A stretch of DNA of 63,806 nt, the filler included, from Octopus bimaculoides (Eukaryota), in NCBI RefSeq assembly GCF_001194135.2. It is 5 parts of 5 records of this genome, joined end to end, with 100 filler letters (N's around TTAATTAATTAA, not from the genome) between each part and the next. Parts side by side here need not be neighbours in the genome. Positions count along the whole stretch, not along the records: positions 1 to 20,235 come from NC_068991.1; positions 20,336 to 39,845 come from NC_068995.1; 3 more parts are not named here. One strand, written 5' to 3'. This document shows positions 12,730 through 24,420 of the stretch, in pieces (the first letter of the stretch is position 1; every line of letters begins with the position of its first letter). A model generated the notes under the pieces. That model searched no databases. It was not told the origin of the DNA and saw only the letters and a program-made list of their open reading frames with translations. A program made the position numbers and the translations under genes.

Positions 12730-12870
12730 TGCAACAGGTTTTTTTTCCAGTTTCCGTCTATCAAATCCACTCACAAGGCTTCGGTGAGCCAGAGGCTATA
12801 TTAGAAGACACTTGCTCAAGGTGCCACGTAATGGGACTGAACCCGGAACTATATCGTTGTGAAGCACATA
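12730..12870 (-). mobile_element. Family A SINE 5' half
   Basis: CAGTTTCCGTCTATCAAATCCACTCACAAGGCT...GACACTTGCTCAAGGTGCCAC is the reverse complement of the family A head and CORE-like motif. Confidence 0.8.
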
Positions 12871-13644
12871 CAATGATGCAACGTTTCTGCGCATAACTGA
12901 CTCGATGCACATGCTGGAAAAGAATGTAATAGCGGTATATATGAAATCAAACGACTATTCAATTGATTTCATGTAGTGTCACGATTTTCATGGGGAGAGA
13001 AAGAATATGTTTAATTATGCTACTGCTAATTACAATAATTAAAGTTAGCATGAATCTCACAGGAAGACATGTAACAAATTACTGTTGAGTATAACAGCTT
13101 TTCAAAAATATACAATCGCAAAGGATCCCTGTAAATTACAGCATAAAAAGATGTCTGTAAATGACTAACATTTTATTGTGCTAAAATTCTTTGAGTCACT
13201 GGCTTATAAATATTCTAGTTATATTTAAAACACAACACAGCATATTTTTGAAGTGAAAAAATCGTTACATAGTGCTAAATATTACAACAAAATTTCAAAC
13301 TATATATATGCATATAGTCATGTGTTTTAAAATATTAGAATAAAACCTAGACTGAAAAACGTGGTAACACCTGAAATATTAAGTCTAATTTCTGAAACAA
13401 TTCTAGTAGATATATGATTTAGTATCCATTGATATCGATTACTATTATCAAGATTTCCTAATAAGGCCTCCTAGTCAGTTTAGATAACGTAAGCGAGAAA
13501 CTATGATTGACTTGTATGTATCACACCTAATGCCTTGACCGCGTGTTTGCAACAAAGAACTGCTCTTTTCCCCCAAAGAGACAACAAAATATTAAATCGG
13601 GCAACAGATTAAGTCTACTAAACATTTGACGGACTTCTGCACCT

Positions 13645-13790
13645 GTGTGGCAAGAAGCTTGCTTTTTGACCACATGGTTCTGGGTTCCGTCCTCCTGGGT
13701 GGCACATTTGGCAAGCGTCTTCTACTATTGCCTTGTGAGTGGATTTGTTAGACAGAAATTGAAAGAAGCCCGTCGCGTGTATATACATAT
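13645..13790 (+). mobile_element. Family A SINE 5' half
   Basis: GTGTGGCAAGAAGCTTGCT...GAAATTGAAAGAAGCCCGTCG followed by (TA)n. Confidence 0.8.
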
Positions 13791-13802
13791 ATTACATAGA
13801 AA

Positions 13803-13840
<38 letters not shown>

Positions 13841-14046
13841 TCATAAGAGTGGTACAACAAGGTACCGATATTTAATGGACAATACCAATCGATATAAATA
13901 CGACGCTATTGTATAGCTTCACTGCGTATATACCGGCAAAAATGCGTGTGTGCAACAAACCATGAAAAACTTGTCTTACCTTAGGAAAAACATTCGAAAA
14001 TGAACAACCCAGATTAAGGATAATGCAGTACCCAGGTTTCAGACTC

Positions 14047-14096
14047 TTCAAATACGTTTCACAACGTAAATCTGATTAGTCCTCATCAGCTGCATT
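14047..14096 (-). ncRNA. Degenerate hammerhead-like core
   Basis: Reverse complement: CTGATGA-GGAC...GTTGT-GAAACGT-A-TTTG. Core and ACGT palindrome are present; stems I and II are poor. Confidence 0.3.
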
Positions 14097-14289
14097 TGCC
14101 TAGACAATATTTCAAATGTTGCCACATCAATGCCAAGTATACTCGCCCGAACGCCAAGCCGTTAACGGAACTGAGAACAGTGAAGAAGTTATCAATGAAA
14201 AATATTTCAATACAAATGTATTAATAGAAATGTATCAATTTCCAGCAAAAAATAGCCCTATAAGGGTATATATATATATAAATATGAAT

Positions 14290-14430
14290 GAAGGCGGTCA
14301 GCTGGCAGAAGCGTTAGCACCGCAAAGTGCTTAGCGGTATTTCGTCTGTCTTTATGTTCTGACTGTAAATTCCGCCGAGGTTGACTTTGCCTTTCATCTA
14401 TTTGGGGTCGATAAATTAAGTACCCCCCAA
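14290..14430 (+). mobile_element. Family B SINE (3'-truncated)
   Basis: AAGGCGGTCAGCTGGCAGAAGCG...CCGCCGAGGTTGACTTTGCCTTTCATC...GTCGATAAATTAAGTACC. Confidence 0.85.
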
Positions 14431-14697
14431 AAATGGAGCTGGTTTGAAAAATCGTGTTGCGCATGGCACAGAGTGAACTAAGTAAATAAGTAAGTAACTA
14501 ACTATATAAAGTTGTGGTTTCTTTGAATATGTTTGTTCCCAAACAACACTTATGTTAGTGCTGTTGACAACCACCGGACTGAATGGTACTGCCCAGGTGT
14601 CGAAACCATGATGATAACCGTGGGGCAGCTGATGATAGAGGTATGTTGGATTGTAGGTATCGCTGTTTTTGTATATGTGGAATAGTGTTCTAACACA

Positions 14698-14752
14698 TAC
14701 TCTTTTACTCTTTTACTTGTTTCAGTCATTTGACTGTGGCCATGCTGGAACA
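14698..14752 (-). mobile_element. Family A SINE extreme 3' end
   Basis: TACTCTTTTACTCTTTTACTTGTTTCAGTCATTTGACTGTGGCCATGCTGG. Confidence 0.8.
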
Positions 14753-14760
14753 CATCCTTA

Positions 14761-14801
<41 letters not shown>

Positions 14802-15616
14802 CAGATGTGTGTCTATGCATGTGTGTTTGTGTGTGTGTGTGTAATTAGGCAGTAATGAAAGCAGCCATCACCTACATCACCTAACCTACTGAGGAAGTTA
14901 TCCGTGTCCACAAGAGCCGAAGTACTCTTTCAGTGCCACAGGGCAAATTATATAAAGAGTAGGCAAGATAGTTACGGTTTTTTCACTGAAGTCCACTTTT
15001 AAACCTTTTAACACGGCCGCATTAGAAACCGAAATGATAGCAAATAATAAAGAGACAATAAAGAGACCAGGTATGTTCGTGGCTTCCTTTTTTATAATGG
15101 ATACACTGAAAGATGTCAAGAGATTAAAGTAAGATCTAGAAAGCAATTCTATCATAAAATTTGATATCCAGGACTATCCGAAAATATCTTTAAATGATAC
15201 AATAGTTCCGTTTCGGGCGTATAAATATTCAGATGTAAATGACAGTATATCACGTCCGTTTACATTGCAGAGACTAATAAATGTCTGTACTTAAATGGAA
15301 ACAGTGAATGCCTTCACACGTATTAGATGTCAGTGGTGATTTCTGTGCTTAGAAAAATCTTTCAGATTCCCTCATCACCAACACCACAACCACCAACACC
15401 ACCACCACCACCACCACCACCACACGCAGACACATAAGCAAAACACTGCACAAAGAAATGACAGAATAAAACTAAGAAAAATCAACAGCGGTTTGTACAA
15501 ATAAGACAGCAGACGACACTGCAGAACAATGTAACAATCAAACCACACGTGAAGCAAATATATTGTAGCTTTTAGAATTGATGTTTTAACTTGCACCCAA
15601 TAAAAATCAAAAAGTG

Positions 15617-16293
<677 letters not shown>

Positions 16294-16309
16294 ATAAAAT
16301 CAATTTTAT

Positions 16310-16420
16310 GGGAGACGATGAGTCGATTACATCGATCCCAGTTTTTAACTGGTACTTATTTTAAGTCGGTGGAATTAGAACTCTGAAAGTAGCGAGGGGC
16401 GAAATACCGCTAATAATTTT
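16310..16420 (-). mobile_element. Family B SINE (internally deleted)
   Basis: GAGTCGATTACATCGATCCCAG..AACTGGTACTTATTT..GAAATACCGCTAA. Confidence 0.7.
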
Positions 16421-16428
16421 GTCCAGCG

Positions 16429-16512
<84 letters not shown>

Positions 16513-16556
16513 GGATCCAACTTGTACAAATGCAAAACAAAAGTCAAACATAAAAT
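16513..16556 (+). mobile_element. ~45-bp R4-like 3' terminus embedded in (AAT)n
   Basis: CCAACTTGTACAAATGCAAAACAAAAGTCAAACA matches 16253-16285 and is flanked on both sides by (AAT)n. Confidence 0.8.
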
Positions 16557-16587
16557 AATAATAATAATAATAATAATGATGATGATG

Positions 16588-16619
<32 letters not shown>

Positions 16620-17074
16620 AATACTAATAGCTTCATTATTTATGTACCACGCCAGCAATTTTTGAGTGGAATGGGTTATTAGATACATCCGACTTCAGTA
16701 CTTTTGTCTTCCGCGAGATTTGTGTTTAGTAAAGAGTCGGAAGAAAAGGCCACAAAGCATATTTTTTTCTGAAGCCCCCGTCGCAGCCGTACTTGCGTCA
16801 ATGAATTATGAGAATAGATGTGATTCATACACATTGCAATCTCGAAGAAGCAAAACTAATATTAGAATATATTTCATTCATTCTAGCCGTTTACTCGGTG
16901 CCGTCCATGATTTTAAGTATTGATTTCTTGCTTAGAAACATGGTCATGCGTTTGGGGAAACGGTGATGAGGTACTAAGCGGTCATATAGTACAGGTGTAC
17001 TATAAATGTACTCCTGTGAATGCTTGTGTTTGTGTGTAAGATTGCGTAAATACACACATTTGCACATATACTGC

Positions 17075-17475
17075 AAATGAAATTTCCTACAATGGACTTT
17101 GGTATATATCGTGATGATGGTTTAATTCAATCGAGAATATTGTAAAAGCCATAAATTAAATAGATTTAGGACAGACCTGATTAAATTATTTCAGGAAATT
17201 GGAATTAAATTTTCCATAGATACTAATCTGATCACCGTTAAGTTTGTAGACAGAAATTCTAGAGACGAGGTAACAATGGATTCAGACCCAAACACAGATT
17301 TAATGAGGAATAAGTATGCGTTCATAAGCCACATCATCACCGACCCAAACAGCTGTAAAGGCAGCTGGGTTTTCAATTCAGGCGCTCAAAAATTGTGACT
17401 TCACTGAAAATATATGAAAAATATTGACAATCTAAAACACAGGAACAAGAAATGTGATATTCTATAGTATTATAC
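17075..17475 (+). mobile_element. Penelope-like element RT remnant
   Basis: KFPTMDFGIYRDDGL ... LNRFRTDLIKLFQEIGIKFSIDTNLITVKFVD ... TRNVIFY resembles PLE RT motifs (YRDD, ITIETNLKTVNFLD, RNIIWFNPP). Frameshifted. Confidence 0.65.
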
Positions 17476-17476
17476 A

Positions 17477-17780
17477 TAGGCGCAGGAGTGGCTGTGTGGT
17501 AAGTAGCTTGCTTATCAACCATATGGTTACGGGTTCATTCCCATTGCATGGCACCTTGGGCAAGTGTCTTCTACTATAGCCTCAGGTCGACCAAAGCCTT
17601 GTGAGATGATTTGGTAGACGGAAACTGAAAGGAGCCCATCGTATATATGTATATATATGTATGTATGTATATGTGTGTATATGTTTGTGTGTCTGTGTTT
17701 GTCCGCCCAGCAGTGTTTGACAACCGATGGTGGTGTGTTTACGTCTCCGTCACTTAACGGTTCGGCAAAAGAGACCGAAT
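17477..17780 (+). mobile_element. Family A SINE, nearly full length with internal (TA)/(TG) microsatellite
   Basis: GGCGCAGGAGTGGCTGTGTGGTAAG head, GGTTCATTCCC B-box-like motif, CACCTTGGGCAAG, microsatellite, then the tail up to GCAAAAGAGACCG. Confidence 0.88.
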
Positions 17781-18009
17781 TGTAGTTTCAGATTTGAAAA
17801 TAAAAGCAGTGCAACAAACTTTGAACAATTACGAGCCTCTTTGCATTTTTGTTGAAAAGTGGTAATTCTTTTCAGGTAAATGTTTTCACATAAAAAGTTT
17901 GAACAGCAACGAAATATTTCTGAGTTATTTTGAGTTATCTCTCCTTTGTTACATTTGTTTCTATTTGTAACGATTAATAAATATCTATAACACGAGCCAA
18001 AAACAGGTA

Positions 18010-18335
18010 TAAATTCCGCCGAGGTTCAAATTCCGTAAGGGGACGAGCTGGCAGAATTGTTAGCAATGCCGGTCAAAATGCTTAGTGGTATTTGTGTTTC
18101 GAGTCCAAATTCCGCCGAGGTTGACAGTAAGACCGCGAGCTGGTAGAATCGTCAACACTCTGAGCTAAAAGGTTAGCAGAATTTTGCCTGCCTTGACGTC
18201 CAGTGTTCAAATTCCGCTGAGGTCGATTTACATTTTCATTTTTTCGTGGCCGAGGAAATAAGAACCAGTTGAGATGTGAACTTATTTCCTACACCGAAGC
18301 TGGTGACGTTGTGCTTAAAACTTGAAACTTTTCTT
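18010..18335 (+). mobile_element. Tandem family B SINE heads plus one diverged full copy
   Basis: AAATTCCGCCGAGG/AAATTCCG repeated at about 18012, 18028, 18108 and 18209, with GAGCTGGCAGAA/GAGCTGGTAGAA heads at about 18045 and 18138. Confidence 0.75.
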
Positions 18336-20022
18336 TTGTATTTTGAATTATATAACAATCACGTTTTAGTGAATCGACACAAATCAACTCAACACATACA
18401 CACACACACATATACACATACACACACACATGTACGTGTACAGGCGACAAGTTTTACCGTCGGTCAACTAAACAACCTACTCGTTAAATTAGCTGAGTAT
18501 TCTACACACAAGTATAAACCTTAACACTTTACAACTTTCTTAATGTCAAAATGGTATCACTGAATAATTTACTTGGTCGATGATGAATGGTCATTTATAT
18601 TTTTACACAGTTATCTGCACGTAAGGGAGACAACATAATACATGTTTCCTTGTTACAGACTAATAGTTTTTCAATATAGTCACCTTAGTTGACATTTTAA
18701 GTCACACGACATTCACATAAATACATTTATGCGTGTGTACGTAGCTGAAGTATAAAATATAATATTCACATAAATATATATGTATNNNNNNNNNNNNNNN
18801 NNNNNNNNNNNNNNNNNNNNNNNNNNNNNNNNNNNNNNNNNNNNNNNNNNNNNNNNNNNNNNNNNNNNNNNNNNNNNNNNNNNNNNNNNNNNNNNNNNNN
18901 NNNNNNNNNNNNNNNNNNNNNNNNNNNNNNNNNNNNNNNNNNNNNNNNNNNNNNNNNNNNNNNNNNNNNNNNNNNNNNNNNNNNNNNNNNNNNNNNNNNN
19001 NNNNNNNNNNNNNNNNNNNNNNNNNNNNNNNNNNNNNNNNNNNNNNNNNNNNNNNNNNNNNNNNNNNNNNNNNNNNNNNNNNNNNNNNNNNNNNNNNNNN
19101 NNNNNNNNNNNNNNNNNNNNNNNNNNNNNNNNNNNNNNNNNNNNNNNNNNNNNNNNNNNNNNNNNNNNNNNNNNNNNNNNNNNNNNNNNNNNNNNNNNNN
19201 NNNNNNNNNNNNNNNNNNNNNNNNNNNNNNNNNNNNNNNNNNNNNNNNNNNNNNNNNNNNNNNNNNNNNNNNNNNNNNNNNNNNNNNNNNNNNNNNNNNN
19301 NNNNNNNNNNNNNNNNNNNNNNNNNNNNNNNNNNNNNNNNNNNNNNNNNNNNNNNNNNNNNNNNNNNNNNNNNNNNNNNNNNNNNNNNNNNNNNNNNNNN
19401 NNNNNNNNNNNNNNNNNNNNNNNNNNNNNNNNNNNNNNNNNNNNNNNNNNNNNNNNNNNNNNNNNNNNNNNNNNNNNNNNNATATATATATAATTTTTCA
19501 TAGAAAACTATGTAATCGTTACCAATATAGCGGGAGATTTCACCGCCAAAAAGTCTAAATTAAGATATTAGCGTCAAATCTCTCTCTTAAATTAAAAAAA
19601 AATTATATATATATATATATATATATTGGAGTCAGTATCTCCGTATATATTAGCCGAGAGAATAGAGAGATGAAGAAAACCAAAACAACAAACAACACAA
19701 TGTTGAATCATTTTCAAGCATCAGCCGCATGATAAACGGTTGTTAAGTGAGGGGAATGATCGTTTAAGCTATTAATGTAGTTTGCGTGTGTTTAACTTGA
19801 CGCCATTTAGCTATAATTCATCCCGTTCTTTAACCTTTGCAGTTACAGGTAACATACGCTCGGTTAAATTGTTATATAGTAACATATAACTATTTGATAC
19901 GAGACATACAGCGAAAATATAGTTCCGAATAAACTTGTACTGCATCGTTCAGAAGAAATAGTAACGTTGCATACATGAATTCACCTAGCCACACATATAT
20001 ATCGTCACACACACAGACACAG

Positions 20023-20054
<32 letters not shown>

Positions 20055-20199
20055 GGAAAGCAAGCGTATTCACACATGTATATTAGCATGCATATACATA
20101 TACCTACGCACATGTATACATATGAATATACATATACACATATATACAGATATACATATTTTATATACGTATATTTGTGTGTGCGTGTGTGTATTATCC

Positions 20200-20235
<36 letters not shown>

Positions 20236-20279
20236 NNNNNNNNNNNNNNNNNNNNNNNNNNNNNNNNNNNNNNNNNNNN

Positions 20280-20291
20280 TTAATTAATTAA
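20280..20291. other. Assembly gap marker TTAATTAATTAA (also 39890-39901, 60580-60591, 62726-62737)
   Basis: The identical 12-mer sits between two N runs four times and gives stop codons in all six frames. Confidence 0.9.
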
Positions 20292-20990
20292 NNNNNNNNN
20301 NNNNNNNNNNNNNNNNNNNNNNNNNNNNNNNNNNNCGCGCACACACATACACTCACACATACACACACAAACACAAACACGCACACACATACACATACTC
20401 ACACACACACACACGCACATAGATGCAAAATAAGGTGGGCAAACTATTTTATTAAAGCCGAAAATTCTACACAGTTTCACGTGACTCTTCGTCAGACAGT
20501 TTTGATAAAACATACAATTGTCACACAGAAGCACACACACGTACAAACACTCACTGACATAAACACACATGTTCACATGCATGCAAACATGCCCATAATT
20601 ATATACACACACACACACACACGCGCACACACATACATATACACACTATATGGCTCAAATAATTTTCCACGAGTATACACGTACACAGACAGATAAAAAC
20701 CTACTCACACACACACACACACACATACGCACACACATGCACACCATATGATCAAATAATTTTCCACGAATATACATGTACACACACAAACACCTACACA
20801 CATACATACACACACACACGCGCGCATACACGAACGCACATAAACACACAGATATACATTTACATACACACTCACGCAAACAACTTTAGACACAAAAACA
20901 CCTACACACATAAAGACACACATACATGCCCCCCCCCACACACACATACACAGAGAAACCTCCCGCTCTCTCCATACACACTTTTATCAG

Positions 20991-21083
20991 AGTTTGATCA
21001 GTGCAGCAATCAAAACCTACATTTGGTTAACAACAGAAAAGCGGGGGATGCGGAACCAGGTTATAGAGGGCGGTGCTGTGAGG
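20991..21083 (+). CDS. Weak candidate internal exon (93 nt)
   Basis: CTTTTATCAG| ... AGG|GTAAGG. Open in two frames (FDQCSNQNLHLVNNRKAGDAEPGYRGRCCE or SLISAAIKTYIWLTTEKRGMRNQVIEGGAVR). No product recognised. Confidence 0.15.
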
Positions 21084-21111
21084 GTAAGGTGACTATAGAA
21101 AACATAAATGG

Positions 21112-21157
<46 letters not shown>

Positions 21158-21405
21158 AAAGTGTAGTGATATATATACAATATCAAACTAATGTAGTACC
21201 GTATGGAATGGAAGCAAAAATAAAATAAGATAAAATATCAAACCAATATAAAACAATAAATAGGTTTATATTGAGGTAACCATTGTTTTGTGAACAACAT
21301 CAATTTTTATTGAATCTACATTGAATACCGATAAAATATCTATTTCTTGAAGCGTGTATACATACATGCACACACGCAAACACATGCATACACACATACT
21401 CATGC

Positions 21406-21443
<38 letters not shown>

Positions 21444-21515
21444 ATACATATATAGATAGATATAGATACAAACACACACAACATGCATATATACATAAAC
21501 CTCTCTCTCTCTCTC

Positions 21516-21546
<31 letters not shown>

Positions 21547-22633
21547 NNNNNNNNNNNNNNNNNNNNNNNNNNNNNNNNNNNNNNNNNNNNNNNNNNNNNN
21601 NNNNNNNNNNNNNNNNNNNNNNNNNNNNNNNNNNNNNNNNNNNNNNNNNNNNNNNNNNNNNNNNNNNNNNNNNNNNNNNNNNNNNNNNNNNNNNNNNNNN
21701 NNNNNNNNNNNNNNNNNNNNNNNNNNNNNNNNNNNNNNNNNNNNNNNNNNNNNNNNNNNNNNNNNNNNNNNNNNNNNNNNNNNNNNNNNNNNNNNNNNNN
21801 NNNNNNNNNNNNNNNNNNNNNNNNNNNNNNNNNNNNNNNNNNNNNNNNNNNNNNNNNNNNNNNNNNNNNNNNNNNNNNNNNNNNNNNNNNNNNNNNNNNN
21901 NNNNNNNNNNNNNNNNNNNNNNNNNNNNNNNNNNNNNNNNNNNNNNNNNNNNNNNNNNNNNNNNNNNNNNNNNNNNNNNNNNNNNNNNNNNNNNNNNNNN
22001 NNNNNNNNNNNNNNNNNNNNNNATTTTTAGTGAAAAATAAAAATAAATATTTTAAATAAAAAAAAAAAACAACGAAAACGAAGAAACACAAAATGTGGAA
22101 AATTTATATAAAAAAAACCCAAACATATAAGGAATTTTTAGAACAACTTGATAAGGACGTCAACTCCGCTTCCAAATCTGCCATCAAGAACCGAAGTGAA
22201 AACTCTGAATTTACACCAACCCATCTCCTCAACCACAATAATTAATATTCTCTAAAGATTGAAAGAACATTAAAAACAATATGATCAAGAAAAGGGAAAA
22301 CAATAATCAACAACTGATGTACCGTGTGCTGCACAATGACAACAGCAATTTGGTCGTTGACAGATCGGAACTCTATTACCTGCAACCCAATTCGTGGCAG
22401 ATGTGCACAGTTTTGTAGTGGCACTTTGTTTCAACATTCATACCGAGCTATAGATTGAAAACAGTTTTGAACTTTAGTGGTTTTCCTCGGCGACTGCTAC
22501 AGCTTTCGACAGAAGAATACAGAATGTTGTGAAAAGTCGATAAAAATTGAAGAAATACAAATGGTGGTAAATGATTGTATGAAGTGGAAAATCACCTGGA
22601 TTTAATGGTGTTTTGTGATCTTATTACACATAC

Positions 22634-22714
22634 CTACAAACTTGTTTACCAACGTCTACTACAAATGACAGGAGAACGGGAGAATTCCCTGTTTTGTGAA
22701 ACCAGAGTGTAGCA
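22634..22714 (-). CDS. Candidate internal exon (81 nt, phase 2-2)
   Basis: Acceptor CTCTGTGTCCTTCCTCAACAG, donor AG|GTATGT, one open frame ATLWFHKTGNSPVLLSFVVDVGKQVC. No product recognised. Confidence 0.25.
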
Positions 22715-23564
22715 CTGTTGAGGAAGGACACAGAGATGTAACTAATAATTTATGACCCATAGTTCTGATGAATGCACAGTTTCAGATTTTAGTCAAAGTG
22801 CTACCAAAAGAGTTGGCGCTTAATTTCGGTAATTTTGCCGGCGTAGTACACACCTCCGTAATCTTGTGTAGATCTGTCCCCCCACCCCTACATCCATTAC
22901 ACTTCGTACGGTATGTGAAGGAGAGAGTAAGTAATACATGGATCAAATGAAAAATTTTCATAAGCTCTTTCTTTGCTATTCTGTGACTATCTTCATGTCA
23001 GCCAGTTTCGACACCATTTTAGAAACTGGATTGCAGAAATGTACAGCTACATCTGCTCGGCAGTGACAATGAACAGTCATTTCTCATAACTGTTTCGTCA
23101 GAGGTGACCCCTCATAAGCTTATTGTATGTGTTGGTTCTGCTGCTGAAACCCTTTAGAAATGAGTCATGGGTGAGTCGTATCGGCATATGCGGTCGACGT
23201 CACCGTAATGGTGTCGTGCACTACAGAGGTTGAAGCTTTTGGTATTGTTCGAAAAGGAATACGGAACGCTGACAGGAGACATCTTTAATATTATTTTGCC
23301 TGTCACGAAGTGTGTTCCAGAAATATTCATTCACAACCCTAACCGTAGAGCGAAATCAAAGATATAATCAATATGTTTAACTTAATAAAACATTCCTCTG
23401 AAGATCGATAGTTTACTTATACATCAAAAAATAATATGGCTATTTATGAAACGTGCTATTCCCATAGCTTTCGCTAGTTGTTGTAACTGTTGGGAGTGAT
23501 GTTATCGACTAACCCCCACCTCTCAAAGTTGCTGGTCTTGTGTTTAAATCAGAATTATTATTAT

Positions 23565-23790
23565 TATTGTTCAGTAGTTTTATTTTTATAACGTGCTTTC
23601 ACTTCACTACCGAGCGCAGCTCTGTGCGCCTTGGGTATGTGCTGTGGTTTGCTGTGGTGCTCTTATGTTTACTGTATTGAAAGTGTTTTGCGTAGAATGT
23701 GTGCAGTACCCAGTAGTGCAATTTTCTGTATGTTATATATATTTGTAAGTCCTGGTGTTTTTGTTATGTATTTGTCTGAATATTTTTTTA
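23565..23790 (-). mobile_element. R4/Dong-like 3' end
   Basis: Reverse complement: KYITKTPGLTNIYNIQKIALLGTAHILRKTLSIQ*, then a 3' UTR with ATAAAAATAAAA ending in (AAT)n. Confidence 0.85.
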
Positions 23791-24348
23791 TTATTATTAT
23801 TATTATTNNNNNNNNNNNNNNNNNNNNNNNNNNNNNNNNNNNNNNNNNNNNNNNNNNNNNNNNNNNNNNNNNNNNNNNNNNNNNNNNNNNNNNNNNNNNN
23901 NNNNNNNNNNNNNNNNNNNNNNNNNNNNNNNNNNNNNNNNNNNNNNNNNNNNNNNNNNNNNNNNNNNNNNNNNNNNNNNNNNNNNNNNNNNNNNNNNNNN
24001 NNNNNNNNNNNNNNNNNNNNNNNNNNNNNNNNNNNNNNNNNNNNNNNNNNNNNNNNNNNNNNNNNNNNNNNNNNNNNNNNNNNNNNNNNNNNNNNNNNNN
24101 NNNNNNNNNNNNNNNNNNNNNNNNNNNNNNNNNNNNNNNNNNNNNNNNNNNNNNNNNNNNNNNNNNNNNNNNNNNNNNNNNNNNNNNNNNNNNNNNNNNN
24201 NNNNNNNNNNNNNNNNNNNNNNNNNNNNNNNNNNNNNNNNNNNNNNNNNNNNNNNNNNNNNNNNNNNNNNNNNNNNNNNNNNNNNNNNNNNNNNNNNNNN
24301 NNNNNNNNNNNNNNNNNNNNNNNNNNNNNNNNNNNNNNNNNNNNNNNN

Positions 24349-24420
<72 letters not shown>

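Noticed and set aside
14898-15155. 85-aa minus-strand ORF with a hydrophobic stretch, and a + strand CAG|GTATGT donor at 15070
   Set aside because: No recognisable domain, and splicing to the next acceptor gives a stop after 7 codons.
19843-19848. 6-nt microexon TTACAG between TTTGCAG and GTAACA
   Set aside because: The pattern is too short to distinguish from chance without RNA data.
23190-23220. Minus-strand AYADTT resembling an RT YADD motif
   Set aside because: No other RT motifs are recognisable in the flanks.
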